In this document: positions 1-9,100 of the stretch, one piece after another | How the letters are laid out: each line of letters starts with the position of its first letter | Numbering within the stretch: position 1 is the first letter of the stretch | Source of the DNA: Clostridiales bacterium | Lineage (GTDB): Bacteria > Bacillota > Clostridia > Caldicoprobacterales > UBA3941 | DNA length: 64,000 nt | Assembly: GCA_012735575.1 (NCBI GenBank) | Contig: JAAYGY010000050.1 | Coordinates: forward strand, 9,020-73,019 | Direction: 5' to 3' | Program-made: the position numbers and the translations under genes | Notes under the pieces: model-generated | Told to the model about the DNA's origin: nothing | Databases searched by the model: none | What the model saw: the letters and a program-made list of their open reading frames with translations, nothing else

Positions 1-38
1 AAAAGGTAAATGGAGACAAAAAGCACTTTCTGATAATA

Positions 39-73
39 CCCTTAACGTGTAGTACACGTTCAAGGGTTTTTTT
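39..73 (+). terminator. Rho-independent terminator of a transcript that starts upstream of the window
   Basis: Inverted repeat cccttaacgtg / cacgttcaaggg (39-49 / 55-66) followed directly by a T7 run. Confidence 0.7.
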
Positions 74-259
74 ATTATTTGGAAAAAGACTTTCATTTGT
101 ATTAAAAAAGATATAGAATATACCTATAAATTTCTATATTTTTTGTAACATATTCTATACATAACACGTCTAATATTATAGGGTTTACCAGGTGCTCAAT
201 ATATACACAACACATACAACTATACAATTAATTATAAAATGTGGGAAAGGAATAGGCAT

Positions 260-1183
260 ATGGAACTTTTAAAAATTCAAGGTTTAACCAAGATCATAAA
301 AAAGCGCAAAATACTGGACAATATCTCTTTGACCGTTAATTCCGGGGAGATTGTGGGTTTTCTCGGGCCTAATGGTGCAGGCAAAACCACCACTATTAAG
401 CTGATTATGGGGCTGTTTCATATCACTGAAGGTGAAATAAAAATATGTGGTCACGATATTGTTACGGATTTTGAAGCTGCCATGGCTAATGTAGGAGGAA
501 TCATAGAAAATCCTGATCTTTATAAAAGAATGACGGGTAGAGAAAATCTGGAGTATTTTGCTTCTATGCATGAAAATGTAGACAAGAAAAATATTGATGA
601 TATTGTGAAACTGGTAAAAATGTCAGAGCGCATCGATGATAAGGTCAAAACATATTCACTGGGTATGTGTCAGCGTGTAGGTATAGCACAAGCTCTTCTT
701 CATAATCCCCGTCTTTTGGTGTTAGACGAACCTACCAACGGGCTCGATCCTATTGGTATCAAGGAACTGCGGGATTTATTAAAACTTCTCGCCAAAGAGG
801 CAGGTGTAGGAGTATTTATCTCCAGCCACTTATTGTCTGAGATGGAGCTGATGTGCGATAGAATCTATATCATAGACGAAGGTGTTATTATTGGTGAGAA
901 GGCCATAAATGATAATGGAGAAGCTGAGGAAGAGTTAATATTCGAATATACCTTTATTACAGACAACAACTCTAAAACCTTTAATTATTTCAATGAACTG
1001 CAGACAAATTGTAGGATGGAAAACAGCGGGGTAATTGTTGTCATGAAACGTAGTGAGATGCCCAATTTAATAAGAAATCTTGTAGATCAAGGTATTGGCA
1101 TTTATGCTGTAAATGAGAAACACAGAACTCTTGAACAAGATTTTATATCTATAACTACAGGGTCAAAACATCAAATCCGATAA
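260..1183 (+). CDS. ABC transporter ATP-binding protein (ABC-2/bacitracin-type exporter ATPase)
   Basis: Walker A GPNGAGKTT, signature-like YSLGMCQR, Walker B LLVLDEP and H-loop SSHLL. The ATG at 260 has GAAAGGA 8 nt upstream. The track start at 239 lacks an RBS. Confidence 0.9.
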   Translation: MELLKIQGLTKIIKKRKILDNISLTVNSGEIVGFLGPNGAGKTTTIKLIMGLFHITEGEIKICGHDIVTDFEAAMANVGGIIENPDLYKRMTGRENLEYFASMHENVDKKNIDDIVKLVKMSERIDDKVKTYSLGMCQRVGIAQALLHNPRLLVLDEPTNGLDPIGIKELRDLLKLLAKEAGVGVFISSHLLSEMELMCDRIYIIDEGVIIGEKAINDNGEAEEELIFEYTFITDNNSKTFNYFNELQTNCRMENSGVIVVMKRSEMPNLIRNLVDQGIGIYAVNEKHRTLEQDFISITTGSKHQIR

Positions 1184-1215
1184 TAAAAATATTAATAGTT
1201 AGAGAGGATATTGCC

Positions 1216-3015
1216 ATGAGTTTTTTAAGACAAATAAAAGTTGAAATAAAAAGTATACTGAAATCAAGGTTTTTATTGATTATAGGTATATTGGTTATTG
1301 CCTCTAGTGTTTTGGTGCCGGTTATGAGTTTTTTTGTACAGAAACAAAGTACTGGGGGTGGCGGAGTTGTCCGACCTTTACCCATTGCTTCACCTGCTTA
1401 TAGTGTCGTGGATATAGGTATTGCCTATCCAGAAATGTCAGGCGAAGAACCAATTGTGGTAGAGGATATAACAATACTTCCTGACAACCCATTCTATTGG
1501 CAAATCAATGGATTAATGCATGAAAAGGAATCAATGGAACTGGACAAAGGACGTTTTTCTGAGATTGAAGTTTTAGATCTGGCACTTTCCTTGGTAGATG
1601 AAGAAATCAAATATTATGCTCGTTTTGCTCAGCATATAACAAAACATACCGATTACCGAATGGAGTTAGCCTGGATGGGAACCCAAACAATCTATGAAAA
1701 ATTTATCTACGAGCATAATGACGTACCAGAAGACAGGCTTTATGAGGCTGTATCCTATAAAATGGGCCTGGATCCTGATTCCTTTAAAGAAAAGTATATT
1801 AGTATTACTCCAGAGCAAAGACTGGCAGCTTTGGATAAACTGGAAGGCAACCTAAATAGCATATATAAAGTGGTAGAAGATAATGATTTTCCTCAATATA
1901 TTAATTTAAGAATAGAGCAGGAAAAGGACAGAATAGCAGACTTTGAGGAGCAGATTGCTATACATGAAGAATCTATAATCCAAAATCCTTCGCAGGAGGA
2001 AGGACTAAGTGTAGTGATAGAGGATTTGAAAAGAAACATAGAAATTATAGAGACCAATACTATTCCTATTTTGCAGCTAAGGCTGGAGAGAAACATTATC
2101 CCGGGAGAGGACACTTGGGAAAATCGTGCCCTTAATGAAATAGAAATGAACCGTAACCAGCTATTGTATACGGAAATTATAAGCGAAGAGGAATTTAATA
2201 AAGAAAGACACTATGTTATGCAATACGGTAGCTATGACAAATATGTAAGAGCTATACAGGCACAGATTGATGAGTACAATACAGCTATTATGATAGGTGA
2301 AAGGTCCTTGGATGAAGGAAAGCCGGATATGAGATTTGTTCCTGAAGGCTCAAGGAATAGGACAGTAGAATTCCTTAGTTACTCTATTTTTGTAGCCTTG
2401 TTTGCAGTGCTTTTAGGGGGTTGGTCTATAGCCAGTGAGTTTCAGCAGGGTACCATTAGGTTATTGATGATCCGCCCAAAAACCAGAACAAAAATATTAA
2501 TGGCTAAGTTTATTGGGGCTTTGATCCTTTCATTTGCTATTTATATATTAGGCAGCTTGCTAAATCTTATAAGCAACGGAGCATTGTTTGGGTTTTCCGA
2601 CTATGCCTATCCCAACTACACTATTTCTGGTGATATTAACTTCTTTGCCTATTATTTACCAAAGCTTCTGGCATGTACAGTATCCATTATATTTGCCTTC
2701 ACTGTTGCCTTTATGTTATCTGTGGTCATAAGAAATGTGGCTGTTGCCGTAGCTGTTCCAATAGCCTGCTTTATTGGCTGTAATATAGTGTTGGCGGCCT
2801 TTACCTATAGTGATGCAATGAATTGGGTGGCTTATACTCCTATACCCTTTGTTCAGATTTCCTCCTTTTTTACTAGGAATTCAATGGTAAGTTATATCAT
2901 TCAAAGGGGTATCCCTCTTAGTCTACCCTATGGTATAATGTTATTGTTGGTCTTGTCAGTCATATGTACTTTTGTTTCTATATTCAATTTCAAGAGAAGG
3001 GATATAACAGGTTAA
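1216..3015 (+). CDS. ABC-2 family permease with a large (about 370 aa) charged, coiled-coil-looking extracytoplasmic insert
   Basis: One N-terminal TM helix, a long hydrophilic E/K/I-rich segment, then 5-6 C-terminal TM helices. RBS AGAGAGGA. It starts 33 nt after the ATPase gene. Confidence 0.75.
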   Translation: MSFLRQIKVEIKSILKSRFLLIIGILVIASSVLVPVMSFFVQKQSTGGGGVVRPLPIASPAYSVVDIGIAYPEMSGEEPIVVEDITILPDNPFYWQINGLMHEKESMELDKGRFSEIEVLDLALSLVDEEIKYYARFAQHITKHTDYRMELAWMGTQTIYEKFIYEHNDVPEDRLYEAVSYKMGLDPDSFKEKYISITPEQRLAALDKLEGNLNSIYKVVEDNDFPQYINLRIEQEKDRIADFEEQIAIHEESIIQNPSQEEGLSVVIEDLKRNIEIIETNTIPILQLRLERNIIPGEDTWENRALNEIEMNRNQLLYTEIISEEEFNKERHYVMQYGSYDKYVRAIQAQIDEYNTAIMIGERSLDEGKPDMRFVPEGSRNRTVEFLSYSIFVALFAVLLGGWSIASEFQQGTIRLLMIRPKTRTKILMAKFIGALILSFAIYILGSLLNLISNGALFGFSDYAYPNYTISGDINFFAYYLPKLLACTVSIIFAFTVAFMLSVVIRNVAVAVAVPIACFIGCNIVLAAFTYSDAMNWVAYTPIPFVQISSFFTRNSMVSYIIQRGIPLSLPYGIMLLLVLSVICTFVSIFNFKRRDITG

Positions 3016-3028
3016 AAGGAGTAATTCC

Positions 3029-4825
3029 ATGGAAGGAAATAATAATTTTTTAGAAAACTACAAAAAAAAGTTAGATTTAAAATTTGAGCAAAAAACCGAC
3101 TTCGTTAAGCCAGATAATACTGATAGGGATATAATTACGCCCAAAAGTCCATCAAACAGGAGAAAAATCTGGATAAGTATTGTCAGTGGCGCTGTAGTTT
3201 TGGTGGCTATATTAATAGGTTTGATACTTTTCTTCAATAGAGGAGTAGAGGTTATCGATCTGACTGGATGGATAGAAAATGATGCCAGGCTTTGGGCTAA
3301 TGAAAATGGTCTTAAGCTTCAGATAGAACAGGAATATAATGACGACTTCGATGCCGGAAGGATAATTTCTCAAAGCGTGCCCAAAGGTACCAAGGTAAAA
3401 AAAGGGGAATTCATAAAGGTAGTAGTTTCCCTAGGTCATGACCTGTCTGTTACCTTACCCCTTCCAGACTTTATGTCCATGACCAGGGAGGAAATAGAAA
3501 CCTGGGCTGAGGAAAACTATATGGCCAGAGTACGTATAACTGCAGAATACAGCGATGAAGTTCCCGTAGGGCGTGTTATAAGGTTTGAGATTAATGATGA
3601 AACTGTAATTGATGAGGTAAACCGAAATACCCCTATATATATAGTGGTTTCAAAAGGACCTGAGGATGAATCGGTTTTAGAGGTTGTTGTGCCTAACTTT
3701 AAGGAAATGGCCATTGGAGAATCTTATATATTTGCCAATGAAAACGGTTTGGTACTCCAAATAGAAGAAGAGTATGATGATTTTGTGCCAGAGGGTGCAA
3801 TAATTTCTCAGAGCATCAAAGCTGAAGAAAAAGTTAAAAAGGGTACCGAGATTACCCTGGTGGTTTCCAAGGGCAAGATGATTACTGTTCCTGACTTTGC
3901 TGGATACTCCAAGGAAAGAGCTACTGCTGTGGCAGGGGAGCTGGGGATTCCTGTGACCATAAAAGAAAGATACTCCACGGCACCTCCCAATACCTTTATA
4001 TCTCAAAGCATTAAAGCAGGTACTGAGTATAAGAAAGGGGATATACTAGAGCTGACTTATTCTATCGATAATAAGATAGTATTACCCTCCTTTGTAGGTC
4101 AAACAAGAGATGCCATTGAACTTTGGGCAAAGGAGTTAAATGATCAGGGAGCCGGTATCTCAATAAAGGTTACCAATACAAAAAGCAATTCTCCAAAGGG
4201 TACTATTCTTCATCAGGATAAGGCCAATACAGTAATTGGCATAAAGGATACTATTAAAGTTACTGTATCCCAGGGCAAGGTGGTGTATGTTCCCGATTTC
4301 GTTGCACCGGCGGGTTCAGGTTACGATATTGCTATAACCAGAGATAAGGCTTTGGCCATGTGTGAAGAACTTAATATAGTGCCTATATTCCAAGAGGCTA
4401 ATAAATCCGGTAGATTGCCAGGTGAGATATGGCATCAAAGCATAGAGGCAGGAAAGGAGATAACCGAAGGCTCTACCATTGTACTAAAATATGTGCCTGC
4501 CAATGTAAAAGTCACAGTACCAAACTTTGTTGGCATGACAAAAGAGGAAATACTAAAAGGCAAACACAACAAAAATCTGGATATAAGATTTGTAGAAGGC
4601 GTAGAATATGTTGAGGGCTACGAAGGAAAGGTTTATGAACAATCCCTAAGTGCCAATACTAAGACTGCGGCTGGCAGCATTATAACTCTAACCATTGGCC
4701 CCAATCAATTTATTGATGAAATAGAAGGTATAGAGGATATAGAGAATATAGAAGATATAGAGGAAACACAAAAGGAAGAAGTATCAGAAGAAGGAAAAGA
4801 TGTAAATCAAGATAGCAAAAAATAA
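3029..4825 (+). CDS. Membrane-anchored PASTA-repeat protein (7 PASTA-like modules, no kinase or PBP domain)
   Basis: A 46-aa cytoplasmic tail and one TM helix (IWISIVSGAVVLVAILIGLILFF). Seven repeats of about 65-70 aa each start with a [VL]P[DNS]F-type motif (e.g. VPNFKEMAIGES, VPDFAGYSKERA, LPSFVGQTRDAI, VPNFVGMTKEEI) and end with ...VVSKG/VSQG/LTIG. The tail is acidic. It starts 14 nt after the permease stop. Confidence 0.8.
   Translation: MEGNNNFLENYKKKLDLKFEQKTDFVKPDNTDRDIITPKSPSNRRKIWISIVSGAVVLVAILIGLILFFNRGVEVIDLTGWIENDARLWANENGLKLQIEQEYNDDFDAGRIISQSVPKGTKVKKGEFIKVVVSLGHDLSVTLPLPDFMSMTREEIETWAEENYMARVRITAEYSDEVPVGRVIRFEINDETVIDEVNRNTPIYIVVSKGPEDESVLEVVVPNFKEMAIGESYIFANENGLVLQIEEEYDDFVPEGAIISQSIKAEEKVKKGTEITLVVSKGKMITVPDFAGYSKERATAVAGELGIPVTIKERYSTAPPNTFISQSIKAGTEYKKGDILELTYSIDNKIVLPSFVGQTRDAIELWAKELNDQGAGISIKVTNTKSNSPKGTILHQDKANTVIGIKDTIKVTVSQGKVVYVPDFVAPAGSGYDIAITRDKALAMCEELNIVPIFQEANKSGRLPGEIWHQSIEAGKEITEGSTIVLKYVPANVKVTVPNFVGMTKEEILKGKHNKNLDIRFVEGVEYVEGYEGKVYEQSLSANTKTAAGSIITLTIGPNQFIDEIEGIEDIENIEDIEETQKEEVSEEGKDVNQDSKK
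4718..4765 (+). repeat. In-frame 9-bp tandem repeat (ATAGARRAT x5) encoding IEGIEDIENIEDIEE in the PASTA protein tail
   Basis: Direct reading: gaa-ata-gaa-ggt-ata-gag-gat-ata-gag-aat-ata-gaa-gat-ata-gag-gaa. Confidence 0.85.
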
Positions 4826-4829
4826 CAAA

Positions 4830-4882
4830 AGCTAGGACAAGGGATATCTCTTCATAGAATATATACCCTGTCCTAGCTTTAT
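4830..4882 (+). terminator. Terminator-like long hairpin after the ABC/PASTA operon
   Basis: agctaggacaaggg (4830-4843) pairs with ccctgtcctagct (4866-4878). The following T tract is weak (ttta). Confidence 0.55.
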
Positions 4883-4954
4883 ATTGTGTTATTATATTAT
4901 TATATCTTATATAAAATTAATATGTATTAAATAGGTTTTGAAAGGGGAGTAGAA

Positions 4955-6424
4955 GTGGCAAGAATTTCTGTCAAAGGAGATCGCTTTGTTGATAATCAGG
5001 GCAGGCATGTTATACTTAGGGGCATTAATTTAGTACATAAGGGAAACTGGGAAAATGGTATAATAAACTACATACCCTCCTGGGACGAAAGAGTATTTAG
5101 CAATTTAAAAAAATGGGGATTTAACCTGGTTCGTCTAGGGATTATATGGGATGCTGTTGAACCTAGACCTGGTGAATATGATGAAAAATATTTGGACTGG
5201 GTAAATAGGATGCTGGATCTATGTGAAAAATATGGAATATATGCTTATTTGGATATGCATCAGGATTTATACAGTGTCCTTTATAGCGATGGGGCCCCTG
5301 AATGGGCTACAATTACAGATAGTCAACCCCATATAGAAGGGGATATTTGGAGCGACGCCTATATAATTAGTGATGCTGTTAAAAGATCCTTTGATAATTT
5401 TTGGAATAATACTCCAGCATCAGACGGAGTAGGTTTGCAGGATCATTATGTTAATATGTGGGTACATATTGCTAAACGGTTTGCAGGGCATCCTGCATTA
5501 ATAGGGTATGATTTTTTAAATGAACCATTTCCTGGGACCCAGGCCACTGCTATTTTTGAGGCCTTGGTATCATCTTTAAAGGAAGCACTCAGTCAGGCCA
5601 AGGGAACTCATTATGCCTTCGAAGAAGTAATGGAAATGCTATCCCATCCAGAGGGAAAAATAAAGATACTAGATTTTATAGAGGATAAAAAGATATACCA
5701 ATCAGTTGCAAAAGCAGTGGAGCCCTTAGTTGAAAAGTTTGATAAAGGTGCTTTGGACGGATTTTACCGGAAAATCTCACAAGCAGTGCGTACAGTTGAT
5801 AGAGATACCATAATAATGAGAGAAAACAGCTATTTTTCTAATATAGGGATTGAATGTAAGGCCCAGCCTATTGTTTATGAAAATGGTACAAGAGAACCCC
5901 AACAGGCCTTTTCCCCTCACGGTTATGATCTGGTAGTAGATACAGAAGGGGTTCAATGGGCTAGCAACAACCGGATAGATGTTATTTTTGACGCACATCG
6001 TCGTACACAGCAGCGCATGGGTGTACCTGTTATGGTGGGTGAATGGGGTGCTCATGGAGATTATTCAGAAGGCTTATATCATATTGAACATATACTTCAA
6101 ATTTTTGATAAATATATGTGGAGCAGTACTTACTGGTGCTTTTATGATGGATTTGAAAATACTCCCGTTCTAGGTGTCTTAAAAAGACCTTTTCCACAGG
6201 CTGTTTGTGGCCGAATATTACATTTTAGATACGATTATCAATCAAAGAGGTTCTATATGGAATGGGATGAGGAAAATGGGCATGCTCCAACCATTATCTA
6301 CTTACCACAAAAGGAGTTTGAGGTGGAGAATATAAAAGATTTTTCAGTGGAACGAATGGGCCAAAGCTCACTAGTGGTAATTGAACCTACTGGCAGAAAG
6401 CGAAGTATATCTATAAGCCTTTAG
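4955..6424 (+). CDS. Glycoside hydrolase family 5 protein (cellulase/endoglycoceramidase-like), apparently cytoplasmic
   Basis: GH5 hallmarks GFNLVRLGIIWDAVEP and acid/base motif FLNEPFPG, with a later GEWG nucleophile-region motif. No signal peptide. GTG start with RBS AAAGGGGA. Confidence 0.8.
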   Translation: MARISVKGDRFVDNQGRHVILRGINLVHKGNWENGIINYIPSWDERVFSNLKKWGFNLVRLGIIWDAVEPRPGEYDEKYLDWVNRMLDLCEKYGIYAYLDMHQDLYSVLYSDGAPEWATITDSQPHIEGDIWSDAYIISDAVKRSFDNFWNNTPASDGVGLQDHYVNMWVHIAKRFAGHPALIGYDFLNEPFPGTQATAIFEALVSSLKEALSQAKGTHYAFEEVMEMLSHPEGKIKILDFIEDKKIYQSVAKAVEPLVEKFDKGALDGFYRKISQAVRTVDRDTIIMRENSYFSNIGIECKAQPIVYENGTREPQQAFSPHGYDLVVDTEGVQWASNNRIDVIFDAHRRTQQRMGVPVMVGEWGAHGDYSEGLYHIEHILQIFDKYMWSSTYWCFYDGFENTPVLGVLKRPFPQAVCGRILHFRYDYQSKRFYMEWDEENGHAPTIIYLPQKEFEVENIKDFSVERMGQSSLVVIEPTGRKRSISISL

Positions 6425-6564
6425 ATTTGGGATTATAAAAGATTATTAGTTCATTTTATCGCTTATTCCAGATAATATATTTGAAAGTTATACTATTATT
6501 GATTATAATTAGTATGTGTATTATCACAAACCACAAATGACTAAAAGTGGAGGAGGATTTATAA

Positions 6565-7632
6565 ATGGTAGGAAATACATACCAGCTGGCTATTGTCGGC
6601 TTAGGTGGGATGGGGAATTGGCATCGAGAAATTATTGAAACCATCGATGGAATAGAAGTATGCGGCAGCTTCGATATCAAAGAAGAAAGACAGCAGTTTG
6701 CTAGAGACCATGGTATAACTCCTTATAACAGCTTTGAGGAACTGCTGGCAGATGAAAAAGTTGACATTGTTCTTTGTGCAACACCAAATGACTGCCACAA
6801 GGATATCGTTATTCGCTCACTGCGAGCTGGAAAACATGTAGTATGCGAAAAACCTGTAACTCTAAGTTCCAAGGATTTACAGGAAATGATAGATGTTGCG
6901 GAGGAAACAGGAAAGCTTTTTACCGTTCATCAGAATCGTCGTTGGGATGAAGATTTTCTAACAGTAAAGAAAATATACCAAGAAAATATGTTGGGTGATA
7001 TTTTCCGTATTGAATCCCGTGTTCATGGGTCCCGTGGAATACCAGGAGACTGGCGTCAGTTACCAGAACATGGTGGAGGCATGGTTCTGGATTGGGGTGT
7101 TCACATTTTAGATCAGGCATTAATGATGATTCCTTATAAGGTTAAATCCGTTTATGCCACCCTTACCCATGTAACAAATGAATTAGTAGATGATGGTTTC
7201 ACAGTTGTATTGACTTTCGAAAATGGATTGGAGTATTTACTGGAAGTGGGAACCAGCAACTTTATTAATCTGCCTCGTTGGTATGTTCTAGGGCAGAATG
7301 GAACTGCTGTTGTTAGAGACTGGGATATATCAGGAGAAATTGTACGAATTACCGACTGGAGTAAAAACGATGCAGTGCCTATTCGAACAGCGGCTGGTTT
7401 AACCAAGACCATGGCGCCTCGAACTGAGGATACTATAAAGACAGAGCCCCTACCCATTGTTAGAAGCGATATACGCGATTACTACAAGAATGTAATGGCT
7501 GCTATCGAAGGAAAAGAAGAGATTATAGTAAAATTACCAGAAGTAATGAGGGTAATGAAATTAATGGAGGCAATTTTTGAAGCTGCTGAAAAGGAACAAA
7601 TTATTCCTTTTGAATATGATTTAAACAATTAA
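6565..7632 (+). CDS. Gfo/Idh/MocA family NAD(P)-dependent oxidoreductase
   Basis: N-terminal Rossmann motif AIVGLGGMGNWH, an EKP motif (VVCEKPV) and a family-typical C-terminal alpha/beta domain. Confidence 0.85.
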   Translation: MVGNTYQLAIVGLGGMGNWHREIIETIDGIEVCGSFDIKEERQQFARDHGITPYNSFEELLADEKVDIVLCATPNDCHKDIVIRSLRAGKHVVCEKPVTLSSKDLQEMIDVAEETGKLFTVHQNRRWDEDFLTVKKIYQENMLGDIFRIESRVHGSRGIPGDWRQLPEHGGGMVLDWGVHILDQALMMIPYKVKSVYATLTHVTNELVDDGFTVVLTFENGLEYLLEVGTSNFINLPRWYVLGQNGTAVVRDWDISGEIVRITDWSKNDAVPIRTAAGLTKTMAPRTEDTIKTEPLPIVRSDIRDYYKNVMAAIEGKEEIIVKLPEVMRVMKLMEAIFEAAEKEQIIPFEYDLNN

Positions 7633-7646
7633 GTTACCCAAATACA

Positions 7647-7690
7647 TTGACCGCCTAATATCATCATAAATTAGGCGGTCAATATATTTT
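7647..7690. terminator. Bidirectional terminator between convergent genes
   Basis: ttgaccgcctaat / attaggcggtcaa 13-bp stem, flanked by A/T runs on both sides. Confidence 0.75.
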
Positions 7691-7698
7691 AAGCATGT

Positions 7699-8949
7699 TT
7701 ACAGGCTGTATACTTTTCCTATGAAAAGAATTGAATCAGTTTTAAGGTCTGCAATTATAAAGACAAAGGGACGGTCTGCAGAAAAGATTGTGGGTTCTAA
7801 AGCGCTTGTTACCATCTCTACCACTGTTGCTGCGGCTGCCTCACTACCTTTTTCATTTACTTCTATTACAGCCTTGTGGAGTACGTCATATATAGACAGG
7901 TCATTTCTTATACCAGAAAAATCTGCCATGTCTGAGAATGCTTCCTCCATACCCAGGTCGATTAAGCAGTTCTTTAGGCTTTTTATGCCGTATTCAAGTT
8001 TGAAACGGGGTATTTTCAATATTACATCGTTTGTTTGTTCTATACTACTCTTGATATCATCCCATTTCTCCTTATCTAGATTTTCAACAAACTCATTTAT
8101 AGGAGTTTCTGATTCCGGCAAGATGCAGTACATGGCTAAATCACCCTTGCCATAGGGTAGTCTAACAACTTGAAAATCATTGCCCTGCCCATATTCCACT
8201 TCTCCATTTAAGGTCATCATCATTACATCCTGAGTGCTGCCATCACCGCCATGAAATGGGGCATTATAGGTATTCTTTTCATCGAATTTCTTGGTCCATT
8301 CTCCTTTAAAATATATGGCGTTTATAAGATACATAAGAGTTTCTGGTGCTATGGGCGGTTCTATCATTTCCTTTATTTTTTGTTTGGTAGCTTGGGATAT
8401 CCAGTCATTGATTGTATGGGCAGCACTGTCCTTAGAAAAATCCAGCTCCTCTATAAAAGCATAATAGTATTCTTTATTTACTGAAAGGAAATTTTCTAAA
8501 ATAGGTTCGCCATCTCTTATCCAGATTGAATTGGCCATATTTAGTTCAACCTTCTTGTCTAGCCTGTTTAAATACTGCAGTATATTTTTATAATTTTCAT
8601 TCAGAGTTTCCAAATCCATATTAGTGTATTCCAGAGTTTTTGCCATAACTTCCTTGGTAGTACTTTGAGCACCCTGGTAAGTCATGGCAAGGGCAGTGGA
8701 TATACTTATAGGGGATATAATTATGTTTTTATCTTTATCCTCACTATTTATCTGTCTAAAGATTTTAAAGGCAAATTCAGTATTCCTTGAAACAAAATCT
8801 GAATCTACTTTATTTGTTGTAATATTATTTGCAGACTTGGTATTGGGTATATTATCTGATATATTATCTGATGACAGATCAAGAGAACATCCTATAACCA
8901 AGCCGAGGGATATGGTTATACACAATAGAAGACATAGACACACTTTCAT
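7699..8949 (-). CDS. Serpin family protein, predicted lipoprotein, inhibitory-type reactive-centre loop
   Basis: Serpin length and C-terminal signature NEKGSEAAAATVVEMVTSALEPTIFSADRPFVFII (hinge E-K-G-S-E-A-A-A-A). Signal peptide with lipobox LVIG-C. The ATG at 8949 is preceded by GGAGG (ggaggatttaatATG). The track start at 9000 has no RBS. Confidence 0.85.
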   Translation of the reverse strand: MKVCLCLLLCITISLGLVIGCSLDLSSDNISDNIPNTKSANNITTNKVDSDFVSRNTEFAFKIFRQINSEDKDKNIIISPISISTALAMTYQGAQSTTKEVMAKTLEYTNMDLETLNENYKNILQYLNRLDKKVELNMANSIWIRDGEPILENFLSVNKEYYYAFIEELDFSKDSAAHTINDWISQATKQKIKEMIEPPIAPETLMYLINAIYFKGEWTKKFDEKNTYNAPFHGGDGSTQDVMMMTLNGEVEYGQGNDFQVVRLPYGKGDLAMYCILPESETPINEFVENLDKEKWDDIKSSIEQTNDVILKIPRFKLEYGIKSLKNCLIDLGMEEAFSDMADFSGIRNDLSIYDVLHKAVIEVNEKGSEAAAATVVEMVTSALEPTIFSADRPFVFIIADLKTDSILFIGKVYSL

Positions 8950-9066
8950 ATTAAATCCTCCTGGAATGAATTCTACATCTATGCAGACGTATCTATGCAT
9001 GGTTTTGTTTCAGTCACATATGTTTGACTTCTCTAGAAGTTTTGTTTTAGCTTACAAAAATTTCTA

Positions 9067-9094
9067 TTGACCTTAGTGATAAAAATGATATAAT
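9067..9094 (+). promoter_or_regulatory. Strong sigma-A-type promoter (TTGACC-16 nt-TGaTATAAT)
   Basis: ttgacc at 9067-9072, tataat at 9089-9094, and TG one base upstream of the -10 hexamer. Confidence 0.65.
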
Positions 9095-9100
9095 AATTAT

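Noticed and set aside
7721-9070. Plus-strand ORFs 7721-8155 (144 aa), 8251-8484 and 8684-9070 (128 aa).
   Set aside because: All are antisense to the serpin gene, whose product has a full serpin signature. They lack RBSs and have the biased composition typical of shadow frames in AT-rich DNA. The same reasoning applies to the other short antisense ORFs in the track, e.g. 284-571, 3677-4006, 13941-14288, 16479-16829, 22204-22551, 30431-30796, 32669-33019, 39329-39661 and 60410-60724.
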